14,557 bases of DNA from a virus. Taxonomy: Duplodnaviria > Heunggongvirae > Uroviricota > Caudoviricetes. The notes beneath the pieces are model-generated. The model had not been told where the DNA came from, searched no databases, and was given only the letters and a program-made list of their open reading frames with translations. A program made the position numbers and the translations under genes. The DNA is taken from the IMG/VR virus record IMGVR_UViG_3300012347_000256. One strand, 5' to 3'. Positions within the stretch are counted from its first letter, which is position 1; the number at the start of each line of letters is the position of its first letter. Below, piece after piece: positions 1 to 7,652 of this stretch.

Positions 1-1
1 T

Positions 2-58
2 GGGTCTTCTCGTAATTCTCAAATGAAAGATGATACCATCAGTCAATTAACTAAATAA
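2..58 (+). CDS. C-terminal fragment of a putative holin (5' end outside window)
   Basis: Frame 2 reads GSSRNSQMKDDTISQLTK* (TAA 56-58). It resembles the '(F)GSS..S..KD' tail I recall from small phage holin-like membrane proteins and sits directly upstream of the endolysin, whose RBS (TAAGG) overlaps this stop. Confidence 0.4.
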   Translation, partial: GSSRNSQMKDDTISQLTK

Positions 59-65
59 GGTTTGT

Positions 66-446
66 ATGTATAAATTTGGAACTAAGAGCACCGAAAGACT
101 TTCTACAGTACACTCTGACCTACAAAAGCTGTTTAAAGCCGCTATAAGCACCTCTCCTTATGATTTCAGTATCACTGAAGGGGTACGTACCATAGAGCGT
201 CAAAAAGAGCTTGTAGAGGCTGGTAAGAGTACCACAATGAACTCCAGACACCTTAAAGGAAATGCTGTAGATATTGCTGTATTCGTAGATGGTAAATTAA
301 CATGGGATTTTAAATACTATAAGCAAGTCTCTGAACATATTAAAGCTACTGCTAAACTACTAGACATTCCAATTATTTGGGGTGGTGATTGGAAATCGTT
401 TATCGATGGTCCTCACTATGAGTTAGACAGAAGATATTACCCATAA
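66..446 (+). CDS. Endolysin, peptidase M15 family (L-alanyl-D-glutamate peptidase, T5 lys-like)
   Basis: Motifs ITEGVRTIERQ, SRHL..GNAVDI (Zn ligands H and D), WGGDW and DGPHYEL (third ligand H). RBS TAAGG at 56-60. Confidence 0.93.
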   Translation: MYKFGTKSTERLSTVHSDLQKLFKAAISTSPYDFSITEGVRTIERQKELVEAGKSTTMNSRHLKGNAVDIAVFVDGKLTWDFKYYKQVSEHIKATAKLLDIPIIWGGDWKSFIDGPHYELDRRYYP

Positions 447-490
447 AAGAAACCCCGCAAGTTCCAACTAAGGAGCCTGCGGGGTTTTTC
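447..490. terminator. Bidirectional rho-independent terminator between convergent lysis and replication arms
   Basis: AAACCCCGCA (450-459) pairs with TGCGGGGTTT (478-487), with an inner GTTCC/GGAGC stem. T-tract on the right and A-tract on the left. Confidence 0.9.
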
Positions 491-502
491 TTCGTCTAGA
501 TT

Positions 503-745
503 TTACTCACAGAACTGTTTGAGTTGTTCTGCAGTCATATTACCAGTTTTACGTCTCACTACTTGCATGTCTTCCATAAGTAACAACGTAGGTACTGAGC
601 GAATATTATACTCAGTAGTAGCTGTTGGGTCAGCATCAATATCTACGGTAGTTACTGGAATACCAAGGTCAGTAGCTGCGATGGTTTTAGATAATAGTCC
701 ACAAGGTTTACACCAGTGCGCTTTAAAAATTACTAGATTTTTCAT
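503..745 (-). CDS. trx: Thioredoxin (RNR reductant)
   Basis: WCKPC active site, VDID, and IRSVPTL cis-Pro motif; lies immediately downstream of nrdA. Confidence 0.92.
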   Translation of the reverse strand: MKNLVIFKAHWCKPCGLLSKTIAATDLGIPVTTVDIDADPTATTEYNIRSVPTLLLMEDMQVVRRKTGNMTAEQLKQFCE

Positions 746-757
746 ACGTTCCTTTCG

Positions 758-2455
758 TTACTGACAAGCTTCACAATTGTCGCCCTTACTGGCTTGAACA
801 CCAGCTTGAGTATAGATGTAATACAAAGCTAAGATATTTGGATCACGGAAAGCTTCAGCGTGAACTTCAGCAATCCAAGCAGGGTCTTCATCAGAAGCAA
901 AGAATAAATTCAATGACTGCCATTGATCAATGTAGCGACTACGTGCAGATGCTAATCTTAACACAGCTTTCTGGTTGATCTCAAATGCCGTTTTGAATAT
1001 TTCTTTCTCATCTGCATTTAACCACTCTACATGCTGGACCGATCCTTGTTTGTCTGTAATCTCTTGAACATGTTTCTTGGTGTAAACACCTTTCTTTTTC
1101 ATCAACTCAAGTAGTACAGGATTTAAGCGATCAATCTCACCAGCAGAAGTAGTTTGATTATAGCTCATAGCTGGATCAGGATTAATACCTTCCGATACTC
1201 CACCCATTAGCAATGCAGTTGATTTGGTAGGTGCAATAGCAATCAAGTGCGTATTACGAATACCATAACCTTTACACCACTCAGGTTCACCTAAAAGATT
1301 TGCCATAGCTTTAGTAGCACCTTGTGCTTGTTCCCAAATAATAGATTGAATCTCTTGACTTAACCTGTGTGCATCAAAGCCTTCAAACGGTAGCATCTCT
1401 TGCATAAACAATGTATGAATACCGCACAGACCTAAACCAAGTGCTCTACTCTTTTCAGTAAACCGAACAGCTTTTTCTAGTCCATTAACGCCCTTAGCTT
1501 TTTCAATAAACTCCGAAGCTACACAATCTAAGAAAATAGTTGCCCAATAAGCTGCATCAGTATTTTTCCATTCTCTGTACTTAGCTGCATTCATTGAAGA
1601 TAATACACAAGTATATGTATGATCTAAATCATTGAATAGCATAATCTCAGAGCATAGTTGCGAGTTGTTAATCTTCAGTCCACGGTCCACATAAGTAACT
1701 GGACGTTTAGCGTTTGCTTTGTCAATAAAGAAGAAATAACCTTTACCAGTTACCATCTTTACTTTCATAGCCTTTTGAAAGCGTTCGATTGCTTCTTGAT
1801 CACTAGCCTCTAAACGATCAATAAAGGATTGTCGGATAGTCCATCCGGCGTTGCAATCATCTGGTTCTGCTAGGATATGATCAGATACTTCGTTGAAATC
1901 CCCATGCTCAATATCCAAATAGAAAGCCCATGCGCCTCGCCTCGCGGTCCCTTGTGCGATATTACGCATAGCATTAACGTGCTCTTTGATCACTGGTAAA
2001 ACACCAGAAGCTTTACCGCCTACGCTAATCTTAGAACCACGAGGACGCACTGCACTTAAATCCGTAGCTGTACCAAACCCGTACTTAGTCAGCATAGCCA
2101 CTTCATGTAAGTTACTATAGAAACCATCCACAGAGTCATCAGCAATAGTTCCTGAGCATGATACAGGCATTCCACGGGTTGTTCCCATGTTAGCAAGCAC
2201 AGGAGTACTAGGTGATAACCAGCCGTTCCAAAGCAGTTTAAAGAACTCTGCTTCAGCATTAGGAAGCGTTGGTACGTGTTTTGCTGCAGTAAAGGCTATC
2301 CGTTCAAATTGCCCACGGACGGACCGACCTTGTGTTTGATATTCATATTTATCTTTGAACATCTGAAAACCTGCAGTAGTGTACCATTGAGGAACCAAAC
2401 CTTGTTCCTGTAGTTGCTTACGCTCTTCACTTAACTCTTTATAAATATTACTCAT
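758..2455 (-). CDS. nrdA: Class I ribonucleotide reductase alpha subunit, no ATP-cone (565 aa)
   Basis: LSPSTPVLAN, PVSC, SQLCSEI (thiyl Cys and Glu), CVLSS, APT, LYY and C-terminal CEAC. True start is MSNIYK at 2455 (RBS AAGGA), overlapping the nrdB stop; the ORF-track start at 2548 lies inside nrdB. Confidence 0.96.
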   Translation of the reverse strand: MSNIYKELSEERKQLQEQGLVPQWYTTAGFQMFKDKYEYQTQGRSVRGQFERIAFTAAKHVPTLPNAEAEFFKLLWNGWLSPSTPVLANMGTTRGMPVSCSGTIADDSVDGFYSNLHEVAMLTKYGFGTATDLSAVRPRGSKISVGGKASGVLPVIKEHVNAMRNIAQGTARRGAWAFYLDIEHGDFNEVSDHILAEPDDCNAGWTIRQSFIDRLEASDQEAIERFQKAMKVKMVTGKGYFFFIDKANAKRPVTYVDRGLKINNSQLCSEIMLFNDLDHTYTCVLSSMNAAKYREWKNTDAAYWATIFLDCVASEFIEKAKGVNGLEKAVRFTEKSRALGLGLCGIHTLFMQEMLPFEGFDAHRLSQEIQSIIWEQAQGATKAMANLLGEPEWCKGYGIRNTHLIAIAPTKSTALLMGGVSEGINPDPAMSYNQTTSAGEIDRLNPVLLELMKKKGVYTKKHVQEITDKQGSVQHVEWLNADEKEIFKTAFEINQKAVLRLASARSRYIDQWQSLNLFFASDEDPAWIAEVHAEAFRDPNILALYYIYTQAGVQASKGDNCEACQ

Positions 2456-3440
2456 TAGTTTCCTTTTTCCAAATAAATCCTGCACTATCCCAATTACGAT
2501 GATATTGGTTTCCCAAACCGCTGAAAAAATCATTAAAGGTATAATCATTAATACCTTTATAAAACCACTCGCTTATGGGGTTGTACTTTACATCATACTC
2601 TTTAGCAAAACCTAATTGCTTTAAGCATTCGTTAACTCTTGACTGTACAAAGTTCTCCAGTTGATGTGCAGTGATACCTTTGATTTCACCTTGCTCAAAC
2701 AATTTAGCGATAATCTGACATTCATGCTCATAAAGCTTTCGTGCAACTAATCGAACTTGTTCTTCAATTGCCAACTTATGCAACTCAAAAGCTTCAGGTG
2801 ACAATTTACTCTTCAACTGCTCTAGTTTGTATTTAAAAGCCCAAGCTCCACCCATTGAGTGCATATTCTCGTCACGCACTGAGAAGTTAATCCCACGTAC
2901 TACGTTCATTAGCTTATTCTTACCTTGAGATTGATAGTGCTTTAAGAATCCAAACGATGAATAAAGAATAACACCTTCAACCATTGAGAAAGCAGCTAAT
3001 GAAATCAAGTCATCAGGATGATCAATAATCTCACCAATGTGTTCTACTCGTTGCTTTAAAACAGGATCGTTTAAATACGATGTATAAAACTCCGGTGTGT
3101 CAATATGCAACAGCTGATTGATCTTGTTATAAAAAGGTGCATGTACTGCAAGTTCAAACATAGAGAACACTGAAGCCATTCTATGAAATTCTGCACCATC
3201 AAACATATTCTTAAATCGTCCACCCCAGTATTCAGAACCAGCGTGAGTTTCATAGATACTAAACAGTTTCAACGTAGTAATTACTGCGTGCTTTTCTGCA
3301 GGTGTAAAGTTAACTAATACGTCTTGAATATCCTTGGACACGTTAATTTCATCTGGTAACCAAAATACTTTCAGTTGTTGATCTGCGAATTCAATCGGCT
3401 CTTGTCTTTCATTAATCGGTAACAGGTGCTTATCTAGCAT
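2448..3440 (-). CDS. nrdB: Class I ribonucleotide reductase beta subunit
   Basis: FW.P.EI...KD; metal ligands E64, E96/H100, VEG and DENMH; radical Tyr104; C-terminal DFF...Y tail. Confidence 0.95.
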   Translation of the reverse strand: MLDKHLLPINERQEPIEFADQQLKVFWLPDEINVSKDIQDVLVNFTPAEKHAVITTLKLFSIYETHAGSEYWGGRFKNMFDGAEFHRMASVFSMFELAVHAPFYNKINQLLHIDTPEFYTSYLNDPVLKQRVEHIGEIIDHPDDLISLAAFSMVEGVILYSSFGFLKHYQSQGKNKLMNVVRGINFSVRDENMHSMGGAWAFKYKLEQLKSKLSPEAFELHKLAIEEQVRLVARKLYEHECQIIAKLFEQGEIKGITAHQLENFVQSRVNECLKQLGFAKEYDVKYNPISEWFYKGINDYTFNDFFSGLGNQYHRNWDSAGFIWKKETNE

Positions 3441-3863
3441 TTATTCTTCCTCTGTGATTGTTGTGTATTTATCTCGTGCTTCTAATAGAATCTGAGCATC
3501 TTCCGTTTCATACCTAGCTCTGTAGATATCTTCTGTTAGCTTACTACCACTTGCTTTGTCAATAGCCGCTCTACTTGCATGACCACTTTGAACCCAATCA
3601 TTATCTAGTCGCTCTGAGCCAACCCAACGACTGCAGATTACGATTTCATTGAAACGATTGCGGTGCTGTAAACCATCTTGACGCAAGTAAGGTTTATAAA
3701 CATCCAGACCTAGCGAATAAAGAAACTCTTTAAACTCATATTCTCTACTTTCAAATTCACTTGAGTAATCAGGCAGTACTTTAATAATCTCGGATTCAGA
3801 TACAATGCATAAAGCTACGATTGCATTTGGGCGGGTCTTTTTGTTTGGTTTTGTATTATTCAT
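3441..3863 (-). CDS. Hypothetical protein (140 aa), first gene of the nrd operon
   Basis: Good RBS (GAAAGG); its stop directly abuts the nrdB ATG. Confidence 0.8.
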   Translation of the reverse strand: MNNTKPNKKTRPNAIVALCIVSESEIIKVLPDYSSEFESREYEFKEFLYSLGLDVYKPYLRQDGLQHRNRFNEIVICSRWVGSERLDNDWVQSGHASRAAIDKASGSKLTEDIYRARYETEDAQILLEARDKYTTITEEE

Positions 3864-3893
3864 TTTACTACCTTTCAGAATAAACGGAGTCTT

Positions 3894-3922
3894 ATTATAT
3901 CACTGCTTATTGGTTAAATCAA
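3894..3922 (-). promoter_or_regulatory. Sigma70-type promoter for the nrd operon
   Basis: Minus strand TTGATT-N17-TATAAT with extended -10 TGn. Confidence 0.8.
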
Positions 3923-4064
3923 GGTTATCTTTATTTTCATAACCCTCTTCTTCTATTTCTTTTTGTAACTCTTTATGTTCTTTTATTAATCTAATTGTAG
4001 AAATATACATCAAAGCAATCAAAACAAGTAGAACTAAAAAGCTAATCGTCTGTAGTAAAATCAT
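3900..4064 (-). CDS. Small membrane protein, 54 aa (not in ORF track)
   Basis: MILLQTISFLVLLVLIALMYISTIRLIKEHKELQKEIEEEGYENKDNLDLTNKQ*. RBS AAAGGAG, ATGA overlap with the upstream stop, N-terminal hydrophobic helix. Confidence 0.75.
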   Translation of the reverse strand: MILLQTISFLVLLVLIALMYISTIRLIKEHKELQKEIEEEGYENKDNLDLTNKQ

Positions 4065-4612
4065 TTGTTCTCCTTTAATTCAGGGTTGTACATAAACTCC
4101 AGCAAGAACATAGCGTTAACGGCTACAGCGGACATATGACTGATGGTTGGGTCACTGCTATCTACATCATAGATTTCACCCCTTCTAATGGCCTCAAAAT
4201 GCCGCATAAGAGCATCCATGTAACGCTGCTCTCCACCTTCTACCTTCTGCCAGTTATTACGCTCTTTGTACTTCTTTAAGCCTTCAGTCAGATTACGTGC
4301 AACTTCTTGTAATGCATACGGAGGTACTAATGTATATTGCAACTTACCTTGATCATATTTAGTGCCGGGCTTTTGTACGGTAACTTCATCGGCAGCTTTC
4401 CAGTCTTTGATTTCTTGTGTGATTGATTTCATATCTTCCTCTTCAACTTTTAACCAGATAATATCTTTTTCTGCACAATTTACGTAACGCTGAGATTCTA
4501 TACAAGCGTCTGAATAATTACTAAAAGCACATCCACGGCAAACACCTGTTTCATCGTATTTTTGTTCATAAATAACTCCATTGTCAAATTTGTACTTATT
4601 GGTCTTATTCAT
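4061..4612 (-). CDS. dATP/dGTP diphosphohydrolase-domain protein (DUF5664-like) with a Cys-rich N-terminal extension
   Basis: GTKYDQGK.QYTLVP, G.KKY..RNNW, RYMDALMRH and H..AVAVNAMFL. Probable start MNKTNK at 4612, overlapping the upstream stop. Confidence 0.82.
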   Translation of the reverse strand: MNKTNKYKFDNGVIYEQKYDETGVCRGCAFSNYSDACIESQRYVNCAEKDIIWLKVEEEDMKSITQEIKDWKAADEVTVQKPGTKYDQGKLQYTLVPPYALQEVARNLTEGLKKYKERNNWQKVEGGEQRYMDALMRHFEAIRRGEIYDVDSSDPTISHMSAVAVNAMFLLEFMYNPELKENK

Positions 4613-5147
4613 CTTTAAATCCACTTTCCAGAAGTTCTGCAGGAATGCAATTAGACAGATCATTGGATTCAAAACCAATTGGTTTCATGATCTTATCATT
4701 CCAGTTCTTGATTACAAATAGTTCGTATTCTGAGTTGTAATGCACATCCACAAGCACACCATCTTCTTCATACATTTGTGCAGTTTGAATCGCAGTGTAT
4801 TCTTTTGATGGAAACTTAGTGAGATTATTATAAGCTGTATCACGCATGGCTTTATTAACGTCCACACCAAGATGTTCTAGCTTTTGCATCAAACCCAATG
4901 CAGTAACCATTACATCAATAACACCGTCAAGTGTTTCTTTTACATCGTTCTTGTCGATACCTTTTTCTTTAATTTCTTTGGTTTCTTCTAAGATAAGTTT
5001 ATATTGAAAATCAATATCTTTTAAAGAAGTCTTGTTGTGCTTACCTGCAATCTCGTTGAAAGCGTAACAATCCATTTGAAAGTCACTGATGTTGTAGGTC
5101 ATATCGTTCATATCGTTCATATCATTCCAAGTGTTTGTGTCGTTCAT
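4605..5147 (-). CDS. MazG-like / PRA-PH-like all-alpha NTP pyrophosphohydrolase
   Basis: LILEETKE...ETLDGVIDV acidic metal motif, NNLTKF and KIMKP.GF. Start at 5147 after RBS AAAAGGA. Confidence 0.82.
   Translation of the reverse strand: MNDTNTWNDMNDMNDMTYNISDFQMDCYAFNEIAGKHNKTSLKDIDFQYKLILEETKEIKEKGIDKNDVKETLDGVIDVMVTALGLMQKLEHLGVDVNKAMRDTAYNNLTKFPSKEYTAIQTAQMYEEDGVLVDVHYNSEYELFVIKNWNDKIMKPIGFESNDLSNCIPAELLESGFKDE
5100..5126. repeat. 9-bp tandem repeat encoding ND-MND-MND-M
   Basis: CATATCGTT x2 followed by CATATCATT. Confidence 0.85.
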
Positions 5148-5148
5148 A

Positions 5149-5310
5149 TTAATCCTTTTTAAATTGCTTGATTTCTTTGAAAGTATAAAGTGCGTCATCT
5201 GCTGCGTCTTCAATATAAGCTAACAAAAACGCTGGTAGTGCTATAAGCCATACGATAAAGACAATGAATTTCATATTGTGGTTAACTAACCATTTTACCC
5301 AAGGTTGCAT
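5149..5310 (-). CDS. Small membrane protein, 53 aa (not in ORF track)
   Basis: MQPWVKWLVNHNMKFIVFIVWLIALPAFLLAYIEDAADDALYTFKEIKQFKKD*. RBS GAAAGGG; one hydrophobic segment. Confidence 0.7.
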   Translation of the reverse strand: MQPWVKWLVNHNMKFIVFIVWLIALPAFLLAYIEDAADDALYTFKEIKQFKKD

Positions 5311-5336
5311 GTTATACCCTTTCAAGATATGGATGT

Positions 5337-5363
5337 AAAAAATCCCCGGCAGTTAACCGGGGT
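5337..5363 (-). terminator. Rho-independent terminator
   Basis: Minus strand CCCCGG-TTAACTG-CCGGGG-ATTTTTT. Confidence 0.8.
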
Positions 5364-5386
5364 GTTGAGCCAGATGCTATAAGAGT

Positions 5387-5415
5387 ATTATAGCAAAATT
5401 ACGTCAAGCAATCAA
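5387..5415 (-). promoter_or_regulatory. Sigma70-type promoter
   Basis: Minus strand TTGATT-N17-TATAAT with TGn extension; overlaps the end of the exonuclease gene. Confidence 0.72.
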
Positions 5416-6357
5416 GCTTTTTCTTTTTTCTTTTGTAGTACTAGATGAGCGAGTACGATGGACACTTCCGCAAGCATTACAACGAACTTCTTCAAAAGTA
5501 CTTACTGCTGTTTTTACAGAACGACCTGTGAATTCTACGTCCGTACTTCCGCATGTTCTGCATCTTACAATGCTATCATCGTAATACAAAGCAGCGTTGA
5601 AATCAGTGTTGACATTCCCCAAGCCTTGCAGGAGTTCATAAACATTGATAAGAACGTTAACGTCATTCTCACAATATTTTACCATATCTTGCATTGCTTT
5701 AACATCACCTGATTGAACATCTACCCACAGTTTCATGCCTGTAGGTGTTTTCCTTGGTAGACCAAAATAAGCACATACGTTATCTAGACTATTACTTGGC
5801 AGTTTTAATTTCTTTTTAGCCTGCAAGTAAGGGTCGATCTTCTTAACAGTAGGAAGTTTACCTAAACCACAAGCAATTGCTCGGGTTTGCACTACCTTGT
5901 CATCAAAGCCTTGTAGATTGTAACCTACAACAGCATCTGCTTCTTCGTACAATCCAAAAAGAATGCACGCTAACCGACTGTCATCATTGTCTTCAATTTC
6001 TTGAGGTGACATCCAATGACTAAACACTTTATCACTACCTAACCATTTGTAACTAAAACAAAGAATCCTACCACCTTCTTTGTAAATAGCTTGATCATTG
6101 ATGAATTGCTTTCTGCGACCAAAGGCAAACACCAAAGGACAACTTGTTTCAGTATCGAAAACTAAAATCTTTGGTCCTTGCAGATTTAAAGCTACATCCT
6201 GTGGATTATAGAAAGGCTTAGGAGCGGCAATCCAACGATTCCAAATATCGTTAACAGTGCTTTTACCGATATTAAGTCTACTTGCGACTTCTCGACTAGC
6301 AAGACCAGCGCCAGTTAATCGAATCACTTGCTCGACGATCATTTCATTGTGTTTCAT
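5404..6357 (-). CDS. DEDDy 3'-5' exonuclease (RNase_H_2/YprB-like) with N-terminal HTH and C-terminal Zn ribbon
   Basis: N-terminal SREVASRLNIGKSTVNDI (HTH); ILVFDTETS, YN..GFD and YCENDV (ExoI-III); CRTCG...CNACG. Confidence 0.85.
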   Translation of the reverse strand: MKHNEMIVEQVIRLTGAGLASREVASRLNIGKSTVNDIWNRWIAAPKPFYNPQDVALNLQGPKILVFDTETSCPLVFAFGRRKQFINDQAIYKEGGRILCFSYKWLGSDKVFSHWMSPQEIEDNDDSRLACILFGLYEEADAVVGYNLQGFDDKVVQTRAIACGLGKLPTVKKIDPYLQAKKKLKLPSNSLDNVCAYFGLPRKTPTGMKLWVDVQSGDVKAMQDMVKYCENDVNVLINVYELLQGLGNVNTDFNAALYYDDSIVRCRTCGSTDVEFTGRSVKTAVSTFEEVRCNACGSVHRTRSSSTTKEKRKSLIA

Positions 6358-6536
6358 TCTACATTACCTTCCGTAATTGTTGCATCTTCTTTTTTAATCC
6401 AATTTAGAGCATTGAATTGTCCACCTTCTCGTGCCCAATATGCTTTGTCTTCAATGAATTCTACTTTGAATTCTTCTCCGATTCTTTTAGCATACCACAA
6501 TAAGTGATCATTGCATTTTAGTACTTTAATTTTCAT
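6354..6536 (-). CDS. Hypothetical protein (60 aa)
   Basis: 4-bp overlaps with both neighbours, indicating translational coupling. Confidence 0.75.
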   Translation of the reverse strand: MKIKVLKCNDHLLWYAKRIGEEFKVEFIEDKAYWAREGGQFNALNWIKKEDATITEGNVE

Positions 6537-6925
6537 AGTTTAGTTACGTAAGACAAGCTCACGCCCTCTGAATAATATCCGTTTGATGAACCATACCAAC
6601 GAATGTCAACCCATCCTTTTACTGTAGCTAACTTGTAGAATGTCCATGTACCTGAGTCACTTGCATTTTCATCAGAACTGCAAGATTCTTCTGCAAATAA
6701 AATAGTCTCTCCAATCAGATCGTTTAAATCACCAGTAATATCTTCAATTTCTACATGCTCACAGCATTCTTGATCATGATAGAAAGTAAAAGACTCTGTA
6801 TCGTTTTTAAGAATAAGTTCATCACCGTTGTTGATTACTTCTGTAAACACCCTACCAATTAAGTCAGTCATTTTAGGGTAGAAACCATTACCCCAATCAT
6901 TTTTCTGTACTTCAGTTACTCGCAT
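6533..6925 (-). CDS. Conserved phage hypothetical protein (DUF7448-like)
   Basis: FYHDQECCE.V.IEDI.GDL.DLIG and SGTWTFYKLAT.KG.V.IRWYG.SNGYYSE pattern recalled from phage proteins; RBS AAAAGGAG. Confidence 0.78.
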   Translation of the reverse strand: MRVTEVQKNDWGNGFYPKMTDLIGRVFTEVINNGDELILKNDTESFTFYHDQECCEHVEIEDITGDLNDLIGETILFAEESCSSDENASDSGTWTFYKLATVKGWVDIRWYGSSNGYYSEGVSLSYVTKL

Positions 6926-7429
6926 TTATAACTCCTTTTCATTGTTGATGATGTTGCGAATTGTATCATAACTATAGCTGCGTGTCAACAAAGCACGTTG
7001 AAATAATTTCTTACGTTCAACGGCATTCTTACCTGCACTTTGATTCATAGCTAACAGCACAGAATCTTTTTGAGCCTCTTTAAGCTTAGTAAACTCCGTG
7101 TTAATCTTCTTAATCCACATGTCGTGCCTGTACCTAGTGTCTGGTGGTCTGTCTAAATAGTCCGCACATTGTCTTAAAAACTGCGATAACGAACCATTGT
7201 ACCACCATTTAAGATACCGTAACCAAACCCTTTCGATTACACCTAAAGCGCTATTGGCTTGCCTGCTTGTCACTCCACGTACAAACATGTTTTCATCATG
7301 CTTATGCTCAAGGATATGCTGCCTTGCTTCAATAGGTAAACCTGTGATAGCACAAAGGTTGTTTTGCTCTTTAGTCAACAGTTCACGTATTCGCTTTTTA
7401 TCCTCTGCGTTATACAGGTCAATAGTCAT
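6926..7429 (-). CDS. Recombination endonuclease VII-like Holliday junction resolvase
   Basis: EQNNLCAITG..., ILEHKH, VRGV...AN..LG..E and a C-terminal EFTKL segment resembling the T4 gp49 dimerisation region. ATG at 7429 follows AGGTGG. Confidence 0.78.
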   Translation of the reverse strand: MTIDLYNAEDKKRIRELLTKEQNNLCAITGLPIEARQHILEHKHDENMFVRGVTSRQANSALGVIERVWLRYLKWWYNGSLSQFLRQCADYLDRPPDTRYRHDMWIKKINTEFTKLKEAQKDSVLLAMNQSAGKNAVERKKLFQRALLTRSYSYDTIRNIINNEKEL

Positions 7430-7652
7430 AACCACCTAATCTTCTTTGTAAGTCATCAATAAGATCGTCTAATTCAATAGCTAAGTTTTCAAGTCTATAA
7501 ATCTCATCAGCTGCCTCTTCAAGTAAATCAGAGATTCTATCAGCTTTACCTTCTTGTACGGACTTCCTAGAGTTAATACTTCTACGAATCTCTGCTCGTT
7601 TTCTTAACCTATAGATTAAAGAGTCTTCTAGTTCATTGTTCGTGTTTGACAT
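7419..7652 (-). CDS. Conserved phage hypothetical protein (77 aa)
   Basis: RLRKRAEIRR.I..RKSVQEGK.DRI.DLLEEAA pattern; overlaps both neighbours. Confidence 0.78.
   Translation of the reverse strand: MSNTNNELEDSLIYRLRKRAEIRRSINSRKSVQEGKADRISDLLEEAADEIYRLENLAIELDDLIDDLQRRLGGYDY

Noticed and set aside
519-764. + strand ORF (81 aa), and likewise 5458-5712, 7197-7439, 7666-7872, 9343-9537, 10228-10452, 11097-11414, 12058-12291, 13628-13810
   Set aside because: Antisense shadows of well-supported - strand genes, with no RBS or recognisable motifs.
2456-2548. Longest-ORF N-terminal extensions (nrdA 2548; also 4678, 5213, 8492, 11149, 12557, 13290)
   Set aside because: They overlap upstream genes or the tRNA; downstream ATGs have clear Shine-Dalgarno sites.
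3071-3253. Same-strand alternate-frame ORFs 3071-3253 and 10849-11055
   Set aside because: Nested inside nrdB and paralog 2; no initiation signals or motifs.
4061-5147. Claim of a 2-aminoadenine (Z) genome
   Set aside because: No purZ or datZ in the window; DUF5664 and MazG homologs occur in many unmodified phages.
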